This document shows, one piece after another, positions 62,101 through 64,000 of a stretch of 64,000 nucleotides of DNA. Location: positions 32,001 through 96,000 of the forward strand of contig JBHLQH010000004.1 of the NCBI GenBank assembly GCA_048884965.1, given 5' to 3'. The stretch comes from Candidatus Thorarchaeota archaeon (GTDB lineage Archaea; Asgardarchaeota; Thorarchaeia; Thorarchaeales; Thorarchaeaceae). Numbering within the stretch: the first letter of the stretch is position 1; the number at the start of each line of letters is the position of its first letter. The position numbers and the translations under genes were made by a program. The notes beneath the pieces are model-generated. The model did not search any database, was not told the DNA's origin, and saw only the letters and a program-made list of their open reading frames with translations.

Positions 62101-63992
62101 TAAATCTCAGAAATCGACAAGCTTCGTTCACCAAACTTGACTCTAGATTCTAGAACCTCATCCTTGAATCGCTTACCATTGCATTCTGAACATGTAATCC
62201 AGACGGAGGGAAGATACCTCATCTTTACCTCGATGCCACCCATACCCTTGCATTCTGTACACCCTCCCTCAGGAGTATTGAATGAGAAGTGCGATTTTGA
62301 AAGATCGGTTTCCGCTGCAAAGATGTCCCGTATCATATCCGCTAGTTTTGTGTATGTCGCGGGATTGGATCGAGGGTTCTTGCCAATCGGTTTTTGGTCA
62401 ACAATGATTGGAGAAGGTGCGAGGCCCTCAACGCCAGCACATCCGATTGATTTGCCTTCATGAAGAGTTGGTACAAGTACATGATTGACCAAGGTGCTCT
62501 TTCCCGACCCAGAAACACCCGTAATGACAGTGAACCGGGACAAGGGAAACGTAACGTCGATTCCAAGGAGATTGAACTTTTTTGCTTCTTTGATCGTGAT
62601 GAAGTCCTTAGGAGGGTCTCTCGGTGTAGGACGGAAGACCTCTTGTCTTCCACTGAAGAACTGACCAGTCACAGTTCCTGATTCCCAGAGACCTTTTGGA
62701 GAACCAGAATAGACTATTTCGCCACCATTGATACCTGCACCAGGTCCAAGATCTACCGCGAGGTCTGCATGAGCGGCTGCAATTGAATCATGCTCAACAT
62801 AGATGACTGGACCTGGGAGGTTTCTAAAGGCGGGAAGAATTCTTTCAGTGTCCTTTGGATGTTGTCCAATTGTAGGCTCGTCAAGCAGATGCACGATATC
62901 CTCCAAACGACTAGTTAGTGAGATAGCTAGACGAACACGTTGACTTTCTCCACGGGATAGGCTTGGCGAAGGGCGATTTAGCTCTATGTACCCCAATCCC
63001 ACATCCTGAAGAGCAACTAGTCGCCTCTCTATTTCAGTCCGAAGACGAGCTGCGGTTCGAGGTAGGGCTAGTGACGTCAATAGAATCTTTAGGTCGTCAA
63101 CACTGAGTTCTAGGATGTCTGTGAATCTAAGTCCATCCAAGGTTACAGAGGCTGCTTGTGGATAGAGACCGGTCTGATTGCAATCATCACAACCAGTTCC
63201 ATTGCACGAATTACAGGACCTATTGAAATGCTTTGGTTCAAGATCTCCAAAGTAAGTTCCACATTCGGTGCACTGATTCGAGAGCGCGTATTCCATTCTG
63301 GCTTCCTTACCGCGAACAGAGATTGCCCCTGAGCCTAATGCTGCCGCTTTATTCACCGCAGCCCGTAGGTCCCCAATCTGGACCTTACTCGAGAATCTTG
63401 CTACAACCACCTCGATATCATACTCAGATGAGCTGTCAAGGTCCGAAATGACAGGAGATCCATTAACGAGAACATCGGACGCCTCGAATTCTTGCCTAAG
63501 GAGCGCAAGTAGCGTTCTGTGACTACCTTTGCTCCTACGAACAAGTATTGCACGAAGAGCAATTGCTTCCTTCTTCAGGCTTTTCTGCACTTGCTCAACA
63601 ATCTCATCTTCTGTTAATTTGGAAAACTGCGATCCGCAAACATGACAGTGCCGCACACCAAAACGAGCGAACAGGATCCGAAGAAAGGGATGCATCCCAG
63701 ATGCAGAGGCGAGGGTCGAGTTAGGGTTTCGATTAAGCAAGTTCTGCTCGACTGCAATGGTCGGACCAATACCGGTTATTGAGTCAACATCAGAAGAAGC
63801 AAGTCTAGATGTCGCTCGCCCCATATTGTAAACATCTAAGAATCGACGTCTTGCCTCATTATAAACAGTATCGAAGATCAATGAGGTCTTCCCAGATCCT
63901 GAAACCCCAGTCACAACAGTGAGACCATCTCCTAAGTCGATGGACAGGTTCTTTAGATTGTGCTCTCGTGCACCTCTGACTTTGATCTTCAT
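59097..63992 (-). CDS. uvrA: Double-length UvrA-like ABC ATPase (four nucleotide-binding domains)
   Basis: GAREHNLKN; four Walker A (GVSGSGKTS, GVSGSGKST, GISGSGKSS, GVSGSGKST), four signature and DEP Walker B motifs, and zinc fingers. Confidence 0.92.
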   Translation of the reverse strand: MKIKVRGAREHNLKNLSIDLGDGLTVVTGVSGSGKTSLIFDTVYNEARRRFLDVYNMGRATSRLASSDVDSITGIGPTIAVEQNLLNRNPNSTLASASGMHPFLRILFARFGVRHCHVCGSQFSKLTEDEIVEQVQKSLKKEAIALRAILVRRSKGSHRTLLALLRQEFEASDVLVNGSPVISDLDSSSEYDIEVVVARFSSKVQIGDLRAAVNKAAALGSGAISVRGKEARMEYALSNQCTECGTYFGDLEPKHFNRSCNSCNGTGCDDCNQTGLYPQAASVTLDGLRFTDILELSVDDLKILLTSLALPRTAARLRTEIERRLVALQDVGLGYIELNRPSPSLSRGESQRVRLAISLTSRLEDIVHLLDEPTIGQHPKDTERILPAFRNLPGPVIYVEHDSIAAAHADLAVDLGPGAGINGGEIVYSGSPKGLWESGTVTGQFFSGRQEVFRPTPRDPPKDFITIKEAKKFNLLGIDVTFPLSRFTVITGVSGSGKSTLVNHVLVPTLHEGKSIGCAGVEGLAPSPIIVDQKPIGKNPRSNPATYTKLADMIRDIFAAETDLSKSHFSFNTPEGGCTECKGMGGIEVKMRYLPSVWITCSECNGKRFKDEVLESRVKFGERSLSISEIYELSIRDVRDLLKDETRIPVAKRTSAVRVLDALVDIGLGYLSLGQPSPTLSGGESQRVKLAKYLGMRALKDKMIILDEPSTGLHAADLSGLLQVLDRLVKAGATLVVVEHNTDVIKSADWVVDLGPGAGPKGGQLLYAGPFDDLMDTRDSPTAQALREEKTVEPKDGTDFESHYVSESISVRKASANNLRDVDVDIPKGKMTVVTGISGSGKSSLVRDVLQAEAERRFYETLSVYERHATSEGPEAPVESVSGLGVTLSISSRRRRGAGYWSVYARRTTVGTVTEIAENLTVLFAQIGTRTCPSCGSKLSRLDKWVCKKCGFTQSLFKPRDFNSRTYTSACETCSGVGSQQVPMPEKLIIHPEKPICDGAMYSPGYFPKGYFCTPTSWAAGALKALGQRYDFDPKMTPWDDLSAEAKNVFLYGDPNQEPMEISYIGNRRGKKVEVTGKGKWAGFYKWVSDWDFGGTYTRTEPCKSCRGTGLRDTYLQVKILKHNIHELQSMTLSHLREFLIPLTSEINDNPISVSALRKIMTRLEFLEKVGLGYLHINRVASTLSAGEAQRLVLSSLLGSGLTSLTILLDEPTRGMHPSEVNALIDVLKDLTNEGNSVIIVEHDHDVINSADFLLDIGPGSGRNGGRVLVSGNLAELRKSDTITGLWLSGKKRPATRRNYRISRSWMSISGARENNLKNLTVRIPTDVLVGICGVSGSGKSTFMIDTIGRAIAPKKFTTSVSYEPLEPGEYDTLEGTPQKTIILDQGRKGISSPGQALDLFKPLAKIYSESEDAMGLGYDVEQITKPCTACDGNGRIRIEMGFLPDLFTDCEICNGTGYSQEAWKVRIQGISLPELNEMTLEEVYEIFKDDVRVSNELRAALDVGLGYLGLRQPSRTLSGGEIQRLKIAQEISKKSSPGTLFIFDEPTVGQHMEDVERLVEVLNRLVDNGNGVVVIEHHPHLLAACDHLIEFGPKGGPEGGYVIAQGTPLEVSNGNTPTAVHLRNLLEVKK

Positions 63993-64000
63993 GGGACGGC

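Overview
Gene-dense, roughly 42% GC (by eye) chromosomal window with about 57 CDS. I found no rRNA, tRNA, CRISPR array or mobile element. An archaeal-type ThrRS together with two Rab-like small GTPases, a longin-like protein, an LRR protein and C-terminally anchored surface proteins point to an Asgard archaeon, probably Thorarchaeia-like (inference). Recognisable genes include a GH2 beta-galactosidase (cut by the window edge), thiolase, a flavoprotein disulfide reductase, ferredoxins, a molybdopterin oxidoreductase, six GNAT proteins, two PAS histidine kinases, CopA with a PadR-TRASH regulator, and a double-length UvrA / QW-repeat / YcaQ cluster. The most striking observation is absent from the ORF track. 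A 24-codon micro-ORF (29218-29292, minus) copies, at the protein level and with mostly synonymous changes, the C-terminal tail of the adjacent 2-TM membrane protein. Both products end in a hydrophobic-Tyr-X (HbYX-like) terminus, and the membrane protein carries a possible ubiquitin-like domain. This suggests a candidate membrane proteasome-tether plus peptide module, which remains a hypothesis. Other notable items are a circularly permuted family-5 solute-binding protein, a ferredoxin inserted in domain IV of the Mo enzyme, an asymmetric single-chain UvrA dimer, and a serpin-like protein with a non-canonical hinge. All assignments are by eye from motifs; no searches were run.
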